DNA of 64,000 nucleotides. Source: Podarcis pityusensis. Its lineage: Eukaryota. The number at the start of each line of letters is the position of its first letter. The first letter of the stretch is position 1. Shown here piece by piece: positions 36,471-49,070 of the stretch. Both the position numbers and the translations under genes were made by a program. The stretch lies in NCBI GenBank assembly GCA_964106645.2, contig OZ067044.1; one strand, given 5' to 3'. The notes below the pieces were generated by a model that did no database searches, was not told the DNA's origin, and worked only from the letters and a program-made list of their open reading frames with translations.

Positions 36471-38774
36471 CTGAGTTGCTTTGGGTTCATTAATGGAGGG
36501 GGTGAATTGCGACGAAAATGTGAATAGGAGGTGGGGGCAGTCCTACTTGATATACCACTTGGTATTTGCTACAGTGGCTTGGAGGGTGTGGTTTTTGTTT
36601 TTGTTTTTGTTTTGAGCAAGTAGTATGTAAATTTTGTAAAATAATAAAAAGAGAAACCAAAATAAAACCATCCATATTTGAATTGGCTTTGAAGCCGGAG
36701 GAGTTTTGTGTATGTGCTGTTAGTCGAACTGTCAGATTGAAAAATGTTACAGGATCATTAAGACTCTGAATTGCGAGGGTTGACTAATAAGTGGAAGAAT
36801 AAAGTATTTAAGAGAGTGTACCAAATGCTGGCCTGGCCTGAGAGATGGCTTTTATCTGGTGGGCAGAATATTTAGAAAGTGTTCTTTTGAAGCAGATTAC
36901 CCACCTGACTCGGTGTACTCTTACGATTAATTTAGTGCTGGTGAATGGAGCTAGAGAGGCTACTTGGGAGTCAGTTCTTCTATGGTCCATTGAGTGTGAA
37001 GGAATGACTGCTGGGTGTGGAGCACACTTCTGCTCACAGACAGCCTTAGCTGTCTGACCGCGTGACCTTCGGGTGTGGAATATACTTCCACCCGCAGACA
37101 AACCACAGCTGTCTGAACATCATGCCCTCTATTTAACCTTTGGCTTTCTCAGTGGTCTGCCATGCCCTGTCTGTGACCTTTGTCTCCTTCGTCATACATT
37201 GTGCAAGGGGAAAGTGACGCGGTGGAAACAGGTGCCAAAATAACTTTGTACCACCCCTCGATCTCGGGATTGGAAGATGTGTAAAGGTCACAGTCAAAAA
37301 TGTATCTGACTGGTTTTGCATATTGTGCTAATAAAAAGAGCCTTAGCAGAGCTGTCTGGCAGCTTGCTTGTGCACAGTTCACCTGCATTACCAACTCCTG
37401 CCTCATGCCTTCACTTCAGAGTGGGCCTGTCTGCTTCAGTTTTTGTCATTAGCTTATAACATCCTGCTAAGAAGTGAAAACAGAGCTGACTTTTCTATCC
37501 AAGAGTTTGCCAAGAGTGTTTCCAATTGTCAGATCACTGTAGCCACTTCATGTCTCAGGTTTTTCCACTCAGACCTAGGTACTTCTATAAGAGGGATGTG
37601 ATGGTAGGACTGCCCAGGAGCAAATAACATGCAATGTACCTCTCAGTCTGTTCTTTCTCAAAGAAAGGTAGGGATGTATTCTAGTTTGTCACAAGAGTGT
37701 CATTTCCCAGCACCACTCCACAACTGGAAGCCTGAGCGAAGGGTTAGGCACAGCTGATGGCTCGTCCAAAACATAATAAACTCTAATTATAAATATTAAT
37801 GTAATTTCCATAAAGAATGAAAGAAATCTAAAGTTACACTGGGGGGAGGGGACAGATTCTCTAAGTAGTTCATAACACTTGTTATATCCTGACAATATTT
37901 TCAGTAACTTGCAGGTTAAAGAGAAGCATCTTTCTTCAGTTGGCATACGGAGAACATGTGCTGTCCCAGCAACACATAAAACACATTAAGGAGAGTGGCA
38001 AAACTATTGGGAAAACCTACTCTTTGTCTCTGGAGATTCAGGAGAGGGTTTGGGTGACAACAATAATGCCATCAGATAGGATTTTGACCGGGCCAGGTTT
38101 TGCATGGGCCACAATGGCAAACACAATTTTACCTCCTGTAAATGACATTGAGAAGTGAGTGTACAGTTGAGATCTTCTGTTCCCACTTGTCAGATTTCCC
38201 ACATGGATTTGGTAAAGTGCAGCTTACATGCTTACTGGCTTTTGAGATTATGTAGACAGGAATCTGGGCAGAAAGAGTGCATTATGAAGAGAACCAGTGT
38301 TGGATTACTGTTACAACTGAGACCATACATGATTCAGTATTGAACATGATAGAAACAGCTCTGTATAGATAGCTAGAAACAACTGTAGTTCATTGAGGCC
38401 ACCACTTGTTTTCTGGCAGCACATTCTGAATGTTAGCAGGTCTTGAAAAGAAAATAGTATGAGTCCTTTTCTGATTGGATGGTATAAACCTTAAATAAAC
38501 TTAAACTGACGTATTCCACTGTTTTACTTGGCTGATTAAAGGGACCTCCCAATACTGTTTTGTAGCTTGTCAACCACAGTTAGTGTTTCTCATATGCAAG
38601 ACAGAGTTGAGGTCTATCTATTAGGCAAATTATTGCTAGTTTAAAGAGTTGTGCAATGCAGAGTCTTGCTCCATAAGTCAAAAGACATTCAGAGCCACTT
38701 AGTCTTAAAAATTATTCTAAAAATACAAAACACAGTAATTTGGTCTAGATATAAGGCTGAACCATGGTTTAGAG

Positions 38775-39021
38775 CAGGGGTCGGCAAGGTGTACCTTGCC
38801 TGGGCCGGTTCACTCCAGCGGAGATCCCTCCGTGGGCTGGATTGCATGATTTCCGGCGTCTGCGCAGACGTGATTTTCGGTGCCTCGGAAGCGAGTCCCT
38901 GTGTCGCGCTGCGCGCGGGGACTCACTGAGCAAGCGGCTCGGTTTGGGGGTGGCTCGGGGGCTGGTTAAACGACCCCCGTGGGCTGCTTATGGTCCATGG
39001 GCCTTAGGTTGCCTACCCCTG
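38775..39021. mobile_element. Intact hAT (Charlie-like) MITE
   Basis: TIRs CAGGGGTCGGCAA / TTGCCTACCCCTG with a perfect 8-bp TSD GTTTAGAG (38767-38774, 39022-39029), resembling the NTCTAGAN target preference. Confidence 0.95.
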
Positions 39022-40064
39022 GTTTAGAGTGACATGCCTGAGCAGCAGTAAACTTTGAGTTTATACACTATCCCTCTCCTTTTCTTCTCTAGTACATCCA
39101 CAAAGTTTGGAAACATTTCCTGGTTTGAACAAACTAGAGTTAAGCATTACACTCAAACAGGGAACTCTGGTCAGTTAAACCACAGTTTGATCTGGGCTTG
39201 TTTCAATTAAGTATTGTTTTACTAACTACAGGGTAAATTATGGATGGTTAAGAACAGGAATCTGCAGCTGCACTGGAAGAGGAGAGAGCAGAGGGCAATG
39301 CACAATCAGAAGTCTAGTTAACTTAATAGTAAACTATGCTTTTAGCATTGTGTCTGAACTTGGGACAATTAGCACCTTGATCTTTTCCAACAAAACATAT
39401 TCTATCAGTCTAATCAAGTTATATATCATGAACAGCTCCAGAATTCAGACCTGATTAAGTATAGCTTGGGTACCACCACAAAACTCCTTTTCACAAGTTA
39501 ACACCCTCTTTTTATTTGACTTGCTTTGTTTTGATGCAGGAGTGTGCACATTTTAGCACTGTACATATTTTCCCTTTAAATATTTTTATGCTGACCACAG
39601 AGCACAGCACAACTAACATATGGTTATCCATTGCTGTTTGGGAGACTGTCTTTATTTTATTTTTGTTACATAAATAGAAAACAGTTTTAAATGTCAAAAA
39701 GAGGACAACAAGAAAAAATGATAAAAAATACAATACAAGGGGAAAATATACAATACAGTGGAGCTACAAATACTTTGCATCACATACCTTATGGGAGAAA
39801 GCACCTCAAAGCTAAAATTGTAAAATGTCATGCAAATATGAGATATACCAAGAATCATGGGTGATTTCTGTCTTGAACGGTTTCCAAAAATTGTGCTGTG
39901 AGAGTGGAGGGTAAAATTTGGAAGACTTCTTGAATGAATGAAAATGTGTACAAATCCTTTAACATGCCCAGTTCACCCTATTAAATGAGTGCAGGAGTGG
40001 TTATTGGCTATGGCTGTTACACAGGAACATAAGAATCTGCCTTATAAAACTGGTCAGTGTAGTA

Positions 40065-40290
40065 CAGTGGTACCTCGGGTTACATATGCTTCAGGTTACA
40101 GACTCCGCTAACCCAGAAATAGTACCTCGGGTTAAGAACTTTGCTTCAGGATGAGAACAGAAATCACATAGCAATGCCGCCGCGGCAGCAAGAGGCCCCA
40201 TTAGCTAAAGTGGTGCTTCAGGTTAAGAACAGTTTCAGGTTAAGAACGGACCTCCGGAATGAATTAAGTACGTAACCAGAGGTACCACTG
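40065..40290 (+). mobile_element. Tigger-like MITE
   Basis: TA|CAGTGGTACCTCGGGTTA...GAGGTACCACTG|TA. Confidence 0.92.
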
Positions 40291-42775
40291 TAGTAGGATT
40301 TCAGGTTGGAGGTCTCTCTGAAGCTCCAGAGATACCAGGAACTAAATCTGGGACATCCTGCATGCAAAGCAGATGCTCTAGAACAGAGCTATGACCCTTC
40401 CCCTTGTTGTGTAAGAACACAAGAGCATGATTGCTTGGTCATCCCAATTTAGTCCAATCTGCTTCAGGCCGCCAGGCAGCCAGATGTTTCCGAAAGCTGT
40501 CAAGCACAGCATGAAGATAGCAGTGAAGACTATTATGGAACAACCTTTTGTGGACTAGAATCAAATGCATGATGGGTTATCACATGTTTGGTTACACGTA
40601 CATATGTATGTTGAGAGGAAAATGCTGTAGGGTCAAAGGAGTGTAGAAAATGCAGTGTGAGACTGTTCATAGTGACCATATATAGCAGCTGTCCCTTGAT
40701 TTGATCTCCTATTTATAGTGAGATCAAAGCACATTGTATTTATTCAAATTAGGAATGCTGTAATTGAATTTATTGAAAAGTGATGGTAGTTTATATTAAC
40801 ATTATTTATACTATATTAATTTGTCTAATCTCATTGAGTAATCTACATTGCTATAGTGAATTTGTGATCTAATTAATGCAAGTTGTGAAGAAGTAACTGT
40901 GCAACACTGGTTTTGGTGGTGCCTACTTTTCCCTTTGTTCTTTGTTACAGTTCGTGGTTAGTGTGGATAGAACTTAACCATGAGCAGGACTTTGGAAAGC
41001 ACCCTGTGCTATAGCAAAAGAAAAAGGAAAACAAAAAACAAAACACGGAGAGGAGCAAAGCAGCTGTGATGTATTCACTGGGAGACCATGTATTCATGTA
41101 AGCCATAGTTTGGCTCAGTGTGACATGCAAACCAGGGCAGCATGGAATTGTTCATTTTGTAATGTCTGTGGCAATATTTACTTTGAAATTGTGCATATCT
41201 TAAAAAAATAATGTCAGTATGCATTAGCTTTGGATACATTAGCTTCCTGCTTTGCCAATATCCACTGTGTGTATCTTGGGTGAGGAGGTATGATGTTCAC
41301 ATAGAAAGATTCCACCCCTTCCCATATTCTGAAGTAAATCCTTTCCACTTGTGGGTGTTGTTGCTTACCAGTTATAGATAATTCTCTCATCCCCCCCCCC
41401 CCAAGTTCCTATAACACTTTTTTCACAGAAGCATGTCAGGACATGAGCTGCCTTTCCTTTCTAATGTCTGTTCTGAAGATTCTCCAGGCTTACATGCTTT
41501 TTTCATAAGGGAATTTTCAAATAATAAAACAGAATTTTTGTAACACCCTTTACTTTTTTTTAAAGAGAACTGGGTTAAAATTTTAGTGCTACAAATATCC
41601 CCAGATTATAATTCATTGATGTGACAGATCCAAGATAGCTTAGCAAAAATAAATCTATGGGTGCATCCACCTATACTAGAATACTGTAAGGCTTCTGCTG
41701 TCTTAAGGAGGCTGTATATACAGTACCAATAACTGTTGTTTATGGAATCTATTGCCGGAGGCAACGTAAGGCTTTCCATTCCTGAAGTTTGTGTTGCTCT
41801 TTCCTGTCTGCTTTTTGTTTTCTCATATTTAAGGGCTTCTCTCATTACATCAGCCTGACTTGCTAGTGAGCAGATGGTTTAGTGAGCATTTTTCTTGGTG
41901 GAATTGTTACCCTTGAGCTTTTCTGTGTTCTCCCCTGAGTGTTGCCTAGTTTTGTAAGACAAAATCCTGTGGCACCTTAAAGACAAACCAGTTTCTTCTA
42001 AATTCATAATGAACTAGCTTAGCCCCAAACACTTGAAGTGGTGGTGTGGAAGTCAGAAATGTGGAGTTTAATAATTTATCTTGTTCTCTTTCTCTCTAGG
42101 CCTGTGTTTATGGTAGGTTTTTCCTTGGTACTAGTTTGACCATATCTCCCCAATAAGTGGAAATACTGCCTATATAGCTATAGCACCCTTCATTTGAGGA
42201 TTACGGCCTGGTTTACAATGTAAGGACACAATAATACATAACATAATAACAAAACAATACCCCCCCCCCCAAGTTTAGTCATTCATTTAGCCAAGTTTAA
42301 TGATGATCAACCGTGTGCAGCTTTCAGATTGCTGTAATACTGTTAGTATTTTAAACAGATGTCTTCATTTACTTTATTGTACCTTATTTGTTATAATATA
42401 TAATTTTACTGTTTTAATAATTTAAATAAAATAAAATAGTTTTTAAAAATGAACCACATCTCTTGTCCCACCTACTTTTGGCCTCTAGCCCCACCCATAA
42501 GAGACAACCCCAATTTTTCTGGCACCCATCTCCCCCCAAAACAAATACACATATTCTGTCTTCCTTTTTTTGCCTTGAAGAATTTTTTGGGGAAGTCTAT
42601 TATAATTATTTCTACATCTATACATGTGCTGTAATATGCACTAAATTCTTTTTCATCCTATCTCCCAGAACTACAGTCTAGCTAAAGTCCAAGGCTCTGC
42701 AGGGAGGGCTGGGAAACAGATGGCCCTCCAGATGCCATAAATAATAATTATGATGATGATGATGATAGTAGTAGT

Positions 42776-43085
42776 TTATTATTTGTACCCCACCCATCTG
42801 ACTGGGTTGCCCCAGCCACTCTGGGCAGCTTCCAGCATATATACAGTAAAAACATAATAAAACATTAAACCTTAAAAAACTTCTCTATACAGGGCCTCCT
42901 TCAGATGTCTTCTAAAGGTTATATAGTTACTCATCTCCTTGACATCTGATGGGAGTGCGTTCCACAGGGTGGGCGCCATTACCAAAAAGGCCCTTGGCCT
43001 GGTTCCCTGTAGCTTCAATTCTCGCCAGGAGGCCCTCGGTGCTGGATCTCAGTGTCCAGGCTGAACGATGGGGGTGGAGACCCCA
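42776..43085 (-). mobile_element. L2 LINE 3' fragment
   Basis: Minus strand WTLRSSTEGLL..., L2-type 3' stem CCCAGAGTGGCTGGGGCAACCC and AATAAA-type tail. Confidence 0.75.
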
Positions 43086-43771
43086 TTTGAGTTTGGTGTC
43101 AAACTCAGCCAGCATGGCCAGTGGTCAGGGATGATGGGAGTTGCAGTTCGATTGAAAGAACCTCCCTTCCCATGCTGTAAGGAGAACTGCTTCTGAAACT
43201 GACAAATGGGTCAATTGTTCAAAGAAGCAAATGCATTCAAAAGTGTTTTGGAGCCTTTTTGGCTCCTGGCTGCTTTTCTATTCACTACAACTTAACTAAC
43301 ATGTTATATTGGTAAATATTGTATAACTGCATTTTGAGAGTTGTTTTTATTTCTGGCTGCTGTGTGGTTTTCAGCAATAACTGTATATTCTTAGAGGCAG
43401 ATTTCAGATTGTGTTTGAAATATGCTATAGGCTGAGCTGGGAAGCTTTCAGTTTTTGGTGTAATTATTTTACTTAATTGTTTTTCATTAAAGTTTTATTA
43501 GTTTTTACAACATGAAACATTGATTATAAGCCTAACTAAATATATAACATTAGCATTTTCATGTTGATATGTATTTCTCCATGCTTTCTAACCTTTGATA
43601 TATCCATGCCAGCTTTTAATGATGATCAAGCTCTTCTCTTACTGTGAATTGGAGAGATGTTGGGGATTAGCAGCTGGAATTCCTGCTGCTAATGTAGCTT
43701 CAAAATTGGCCTTAAAAGTTGCAGAAAAGCTGGATCAGTTTATCAGTTTAGATAATCCACCAAACCATAGG

Positions 43772-43852
43772 CATAGCTGTCAACGTTTTCCTTTTTTTAA
43801 GGGAAATTCCCTTATTCCGAATAGGATTCCTTGCAAGAAAAGGGAAAAGTTG
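43772..43852. mobile_element. Short hAT MITE with clipped right TIR
   Basis: Left TIR CATAGCTGTCAAC, right end only GTTG(AC). 8-bp direct repeat ACCATAGG at 43764-43771 and 43853-43860. Confidence 0.7.
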
Positions 43853-44087
43853 ACCATAGGTAGCAACTATATTTCCAATCACAATTTCTGATTATGGCTT
43901 CCTAGCTAGTTGTATGCATGGTTTGTCAGTTCAGACATCATAGGGTACACTAGTGATGGGAATAGACTTTTGAGATTGAAATATGACCATTTCCAACTTA
44001 TGTAGCTCAAGAGAATGGCATTGTAAATTAGAAAGATTGCACCAAATTTTATTTACACTAATATATATTTCTTTTTAATTATTGCAG

Positions 44088-44114
44088 ATATTTCCAGACT
44101 TTCTTTTTCAGCAG
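44088..44114 (+). other. Candidate 27-nt micro-exon
   Basis: Branch point CACTAAT (~44055-44061), T-rich tract, TGCAG acceptor and strong donor CAG|GTAAGG. Length is a multiple of 3. Confidence 0.5.
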
Positions 44115-44337
44115 GTAAGGTATTGTTTTAATAATAAATGTTGGCTTTTATAATGATATAATTCTAAAATATGGCCAAGTAAGATGCCTGTAATTTTTTT
44201 GCATTGCTTGGTAATCATTAATGTATTTTGTAAGCTATATAGTTATGGTGTCAAGAAGTCAGAATTGTTGTATACAGAGGTGTGTAAAGGTCCATAGGGA
44301 TTTGCTGCTCTGTTTTCAATATAGTTGTGAAAATAAG

Positions 44338-44710
44338 GTAAAAGACCCCTGGACGGTTAAGTCCAGTCAAAGGCAACTATGGGGTGCAGCGCTCATCTTG
44401 CTTCAGGTCGAGGGAGCATGTGTTTGTCCACAGACAGCTTTCTAGGTTATGTGGTCAGCATGACTACACTGCTTCTGGCGCAACGGAACACCATGACAGA
44501 AGCCAGAGCGCATGGAAATGCCATTTACCTTCCCACCACAGCAGTACCTATTTATCTACTTGCGCTGGTGTGCTTTAGAACTGCTAGGTTGGCAGAATCT
44601 GGGACAGAGCAACGGGAGCTCACCCTGTCACACAGATTCGAACCGCCAACCTTCCGATCAGGAAGCCCAAGAGGCTCAGTGGTTTAGACCACAGTGCCAC
44701 CCACATCCCG
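44338..44710 (-). mobile_element. Full-length Sauria SINE
   Basis: tRNA-derived head with A/B boxes on the minus strand (GTGGCACTGTGGTCTAAACCACTGAG...GGTTCGAATC) and Sauria core. 11-bp TSD GTGAAAATAAG (44327-44337, 44711-44721). Confidence 0.95.
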
Positions 44711-45524
44711 GTGAAAATAAGAAGAGGTGTTGATGAGTCAGGATTTTAGGTTAAGGCTTGTAGGAATAAACTACCTTGTGGTATTTATTTTTAAAGTAAG
44801 ACATTCAGTGTGGTGAATATGGAGATGGTATGGAGTATAGAGGGCTAGCTAAGAGGCATCCCATCCCAACCTTCCTAATTTATTTTTCAGTAGACTTGTA
44901 TCTATTAAATCACACACAAAAGAACCTGATCCATGCATTTATTTATTTACTGCCACCACCACAAATGACTAGATTGTCAGTGGACTCTGACTTTTAGACT
45001 AATGGCTGGTGGTTTCCTCAGTCTATCTGTGAAAGCCATCATTTCTTTAGTAGGTGCATTTTGTATTTGGAAAGCTGAACTGAAAACTTTTGAGTTTATG
45101 TGGGAAATACAGAAGGCTACATGAAAGGCAGTGTGACCTTCCGCAAACAGAGTGCCCTGTGTTTATATAAAATAAAGAACACACTGTTTTTATTATTACT
45201 GAACCACACACTGTTACCTACTAACAATCTCTGAAGTCCTAACGAAACCATAGCCTTTTCAGGAACTGTGACCCTAAACACCCCTCAATAGAATGCAATG
45301 ACAATTTTAGCTGTCTGCCATACTATTTATGCTGCTTGCAGGACAATCTTTAAGGAGGTTCTTGCCTCTTAGTGCTGCAATATGGGATCTTGTGTTTTTG
45401 TTCAGGTGACTTTTTTTACTTCTGCTTATCCCTCCTTCACAACTGCTTGGAACAGAATTTTGTTTTTAGTATGCAGAATAGGCATCAAGGCAAATTGACG
45501 ATTTAAAAAGCAACACTTTAAAAC

Positions 45525-45580
45525 AAGAAGAAGACGAAGAAGAAGAAGAAGAAGAAGAAGAAGAAGAAGAAGAAGAAGAA
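45525..45580. repeat. (GAA)n microsatellite
   Basis: Direct observation, with one GAC interruption. Confidence 0.95.
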
Positions 45581-47348
45581 TATACCTGATAGCACTTTTT
45601 TAGCACTATGCAGTAACTGTCTGGAATCGTCTTTGACTCTTTTGTATGTCTGTCTTTTCTGTTCTGAACATTTCCATTACAATACATCTCTACTCTGTGG
45701 GGAAGCATTGTAGCAGTGGACTTTTCCAGTGCTCCTTGGTCATAGTGTGCCGCTAACAATCGGATTAAATATAGATTCTGTTGTTCTTGTCGTTGCTGGA
45801 AGATAAAGGTCATTGTGAACATTTCCTTTCCTCTTTGAATTCATAGTTAAACCTTTTTGTGGGGATGATTAAGTGTGTGCTGTTGAATGTATTACTTGAT
45901 TAGGTAGTTTGTTAAACCATCACATAAGGGAGTTATCCTACATTTCTCTAATTTCTATCATAGCTTTCAAGTCTTTGCCACTTACTTTGCTCTTGCTTTT
46001 TTAATTGAGGCCAAGAATATGAGACTTGAGGATTTGAGAGTGCAAATCACTGGAGGCGTCTGAGGGCAACTTGTTAAATTTTTATCACTTTAGAGCTGGA
46101 TTGAAGGCTGTGCTCCAGCACTTTATCTGTATGTAAAGTCCTCTAGGCCAGACATCTCGTAGCATGTACATAAATAAATGTTTTAATTGCTTTTTTAAAT
46201 AAAAAAATTGAGCATCTATCTCAGTTTCTGTAGATCTGGTTGATGTTTGAGATATGGTAGATAAATTCATTAAATCCCATGGCTGACTTTGCTTCCCTCG
46301 TCATCTCCGTGTTTTCCCCATTTTCCCCATTATTAAATTGTTTTGTGCAGTATTAAGAGGGAGGTTGAAGTATTATGGTTTCTGATTTCAATTGAATAAA
46401 TATCAGTGCTACTAGTACTTCAATATTTGTATGGATCATTGATATATGAAATATTGGGAAATTTAATTTAATTGGTGAATTAAAAAAGTAGTGTTGTGTT
46501 ACCGCAGGTAAGTGTCAAATAGATATGATGCAGATGTAGCATAGCATTGTTGCCATTTTAGCAATGAGAACCTGAATGAATCTCCCTGGCTGTGCTGTAC
46601 TGTTCAATGCAAAGGGATCAGTGCACAAGTTGATAGACTGGAAGCCTGAGAAATGCATTTTCTTTGCGTGGATTTTTTTGGTAAGACTTGAAAATAAGCA
46701 TCTAATTCTACTTTAGCAAGTTCAGAAATTGTTATATAGAACTTATGCACCTTGCACTGCTCTATTTCTCTAAGCCACCAGCATTATATATGTGTGGAAT
46801 TTCTGTTTTCCCCCATTCATCCTGTTGTAGTTTACTCTTCTGATTCTCTCCCTCAACAGTAGATGACCTATAGTATTATATCCTGTGGTTGCCTGGCAAC
46901 CTCAGAGTATGCACTTATGACCATAGACTTACAAGAGTAGACTGACACACAATGCCCAGATTCAGAGTTGACTTGGAATTTTAATTTGATGCATGTATCT
47001 TCTTTTGCCTTTTGAAAAGCAAATCTATGGAGGCAAAGGCTTCTGTGTTGTACGTTCAGTTGAGTGCTAGATTTGGGGTGGGAAGAATTCTGAAGCGTCA
47101 ATTTAAGTATAATTACTTTTACAGCAGCCTTTCAGTCGGAGTTTTGTTTTGCTAGCTATAACAGAAAGTGTTCCTATACAGGTGAGGGTCAGTGTACTAT
47201 ATTCTACTATAGTGTTTATAACCTTTGAGGGTCGCACTGCATTTTTATAAAAGAGAAAAGCAGGTGGGTGGATTGCAGAAATGATTGAAGTAGTACAGGT
47301 GAAAGTGTTTGATGTTGGCATTAACCCACCGGGAGCGCATGCGCGCGC

Positions 47349-47364
47349 TCTCTCTCTCTCTCAC

Positions 47365-47395
<31 letters not shown>
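47349..47395. repeat. (CT)n(CA)n microsatellite
   Basis: Direct observation. Confidence 0.9.
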
Positions 47396-47396
<1 letters not shown>

Positions 47397-48494
47397 CAAA
47401 CACATTTCTGAAAGGCTGGATAATAACAATTAGCCACACCACTTGTCGCCCTGCAGTATGGCCACAATAATGATGGCCTTATCTCTGCTGCTACCTTTTT
47501 TTTCTTTTATATTTTTGGGTAGGGGAGCATTACTATTGGCTACTGTAAAGGGAGCTTAAGGATGCAAAAATATTATTTGCATGCTTAATTTTGCTGACAA
47601 CCTCTCAGCTGGCTGTCTCTTTGTATACTGATGACTGGTGAGTTATAGTCGTTATACTGCTGGACCAGGACTGTTGAGATCCAGCTTCAGATCTCTACTC
47701 AGATGTAAACCTCTCACCCAATTTACTTGGGCTTCACACTCATTAGAATGCTGCACTGAGCTCCTTGGTGAAAAGCGGGAATATAAGTGTAATAAACACT
47801 GATTTTCCTGTCATAAATTTTAAAATTTATCTCATAATTTCCTGAAAGTATGTATTTTTTATAACTGGCATTTTTATTTTATTTTTCCTTGTGCTATCTC
47901 CATCATTCCTTTTAAATCATATGAGTAGGTTATGGGCCTGCGTGCAGATCCACTTCTGTCCATTATTATTTTTTACGGAACATCATCTAGGTGTTTTGGC
48001 ACTTCTAAATATTGTTCATTTGTTTTCCTTCTGTTCTGAAATAAACCATTCAAAGTCATCTGCATTTAATTAATGGGTCCTTTTTTTTTTAAGGAGGAAA
48101 AAGGTAATTTCTGTATGTGGCTTTCATCTTCTGGAAGAACATCAACATTTAGTTTAAAAGAGAATTAACTTACCAATTTTGAGGGAGATTTCTGTCTGCT
48201 AGACTGAGCTAGCCAAGCTGAACACTTGCATGGACATCTGTTTGCAATCTTGTGCTTGTGAAAAGTGCCTTAGGGATATTCACTGATAACAAGCAGTTAA
48301 TGGCAGGGTTCTATGTTTCATCCTGATTATTGGTTTTTGGCACCATGCTAGGGGGCATTAGTTGGTTGCTGATGTTTACAGGCAAGAATACCATCTACTA
48401 GATAACACTTTGTAAATGCTGCTAAGATCTGACCATGGTTGAGATATGACACTACAACTCAGGATACAACAGTCAGGAAAGCCATAATACTAAT

Positions 48495-48761
48495 AAAGGT
48501 AAAGGTAAAGGGTCCCCTGACCATTAGGTCCAGTCGTGACCGACTCTGGGGTTGCGGCGCTCCTCTCGCTTTATTGGCCGAGGGAGCCGGCGTACAGCTT
48601 CCAGGTCATGTGGCCAGCATGACTAAGCCGCTTCTGGCGAACCAGAGCAGTGCACGGAAACGCCGTTTGCCTTCCCGCTGGAGCAGTACCGATTTATCTA
48701 CTTGCACTTTGACGTGCTTTCGAACTGCTAGGTTGGCAGGAGCAGGGACCGAGCAATGGGA
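48495..48761 (-). mobile_element. Sauria SINE, 5'-truncated
   Basis: (AAAGGT)n = reverse complement of the (ACCTTT)n tail. Body homologous to 44338-44620. Confidence 0.92.
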
Positions 48762-48967
48762 TTAGCACACTTTTAAAAACCAACAACAACTATAATAACA
48801 ACAACACACAAACCTTTGATAGTTTTATGATGTACATTACAAATCTAGACTTTCCATTATTTTATTATTCAATTTGCTGTTTTTTAGAGCATAAATTGTA
48901 TTTATGTTTTAAAAGGTTTTCTATGCATCGCATGTACGTTATCTAGTTGTATAGACTTTAAACTTGC

Positions 48968-49070
48968 TCTTATCTGAGGCCCTTCTTTGTGTGCGGATAG
49001 CAACGTGAGAATGGGCGTTTTCTGCAGTGGCTTCTCATTTGTGGAATGCTCTCCCCAGGGAGGCTCAACC
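48968..49070 (+). mobile_element. L2 LINE fragment
   Basis: TCTGAGGCCCTTCT...GCGTTTTCTGCAGTGGCT...TGTGGAATGCTCTCCCC (AFSAVA..LWNALP-like). Confidence 0.6.

Noticed and set aside
42100-42112. 13-nt micro-exon candidate (TAG|GCCTGTGTTTATG|GTAGGT)
   Set aside because: Splice-like signals are present, but such matches arise by chance in 60 kb of intron and there is no other support.
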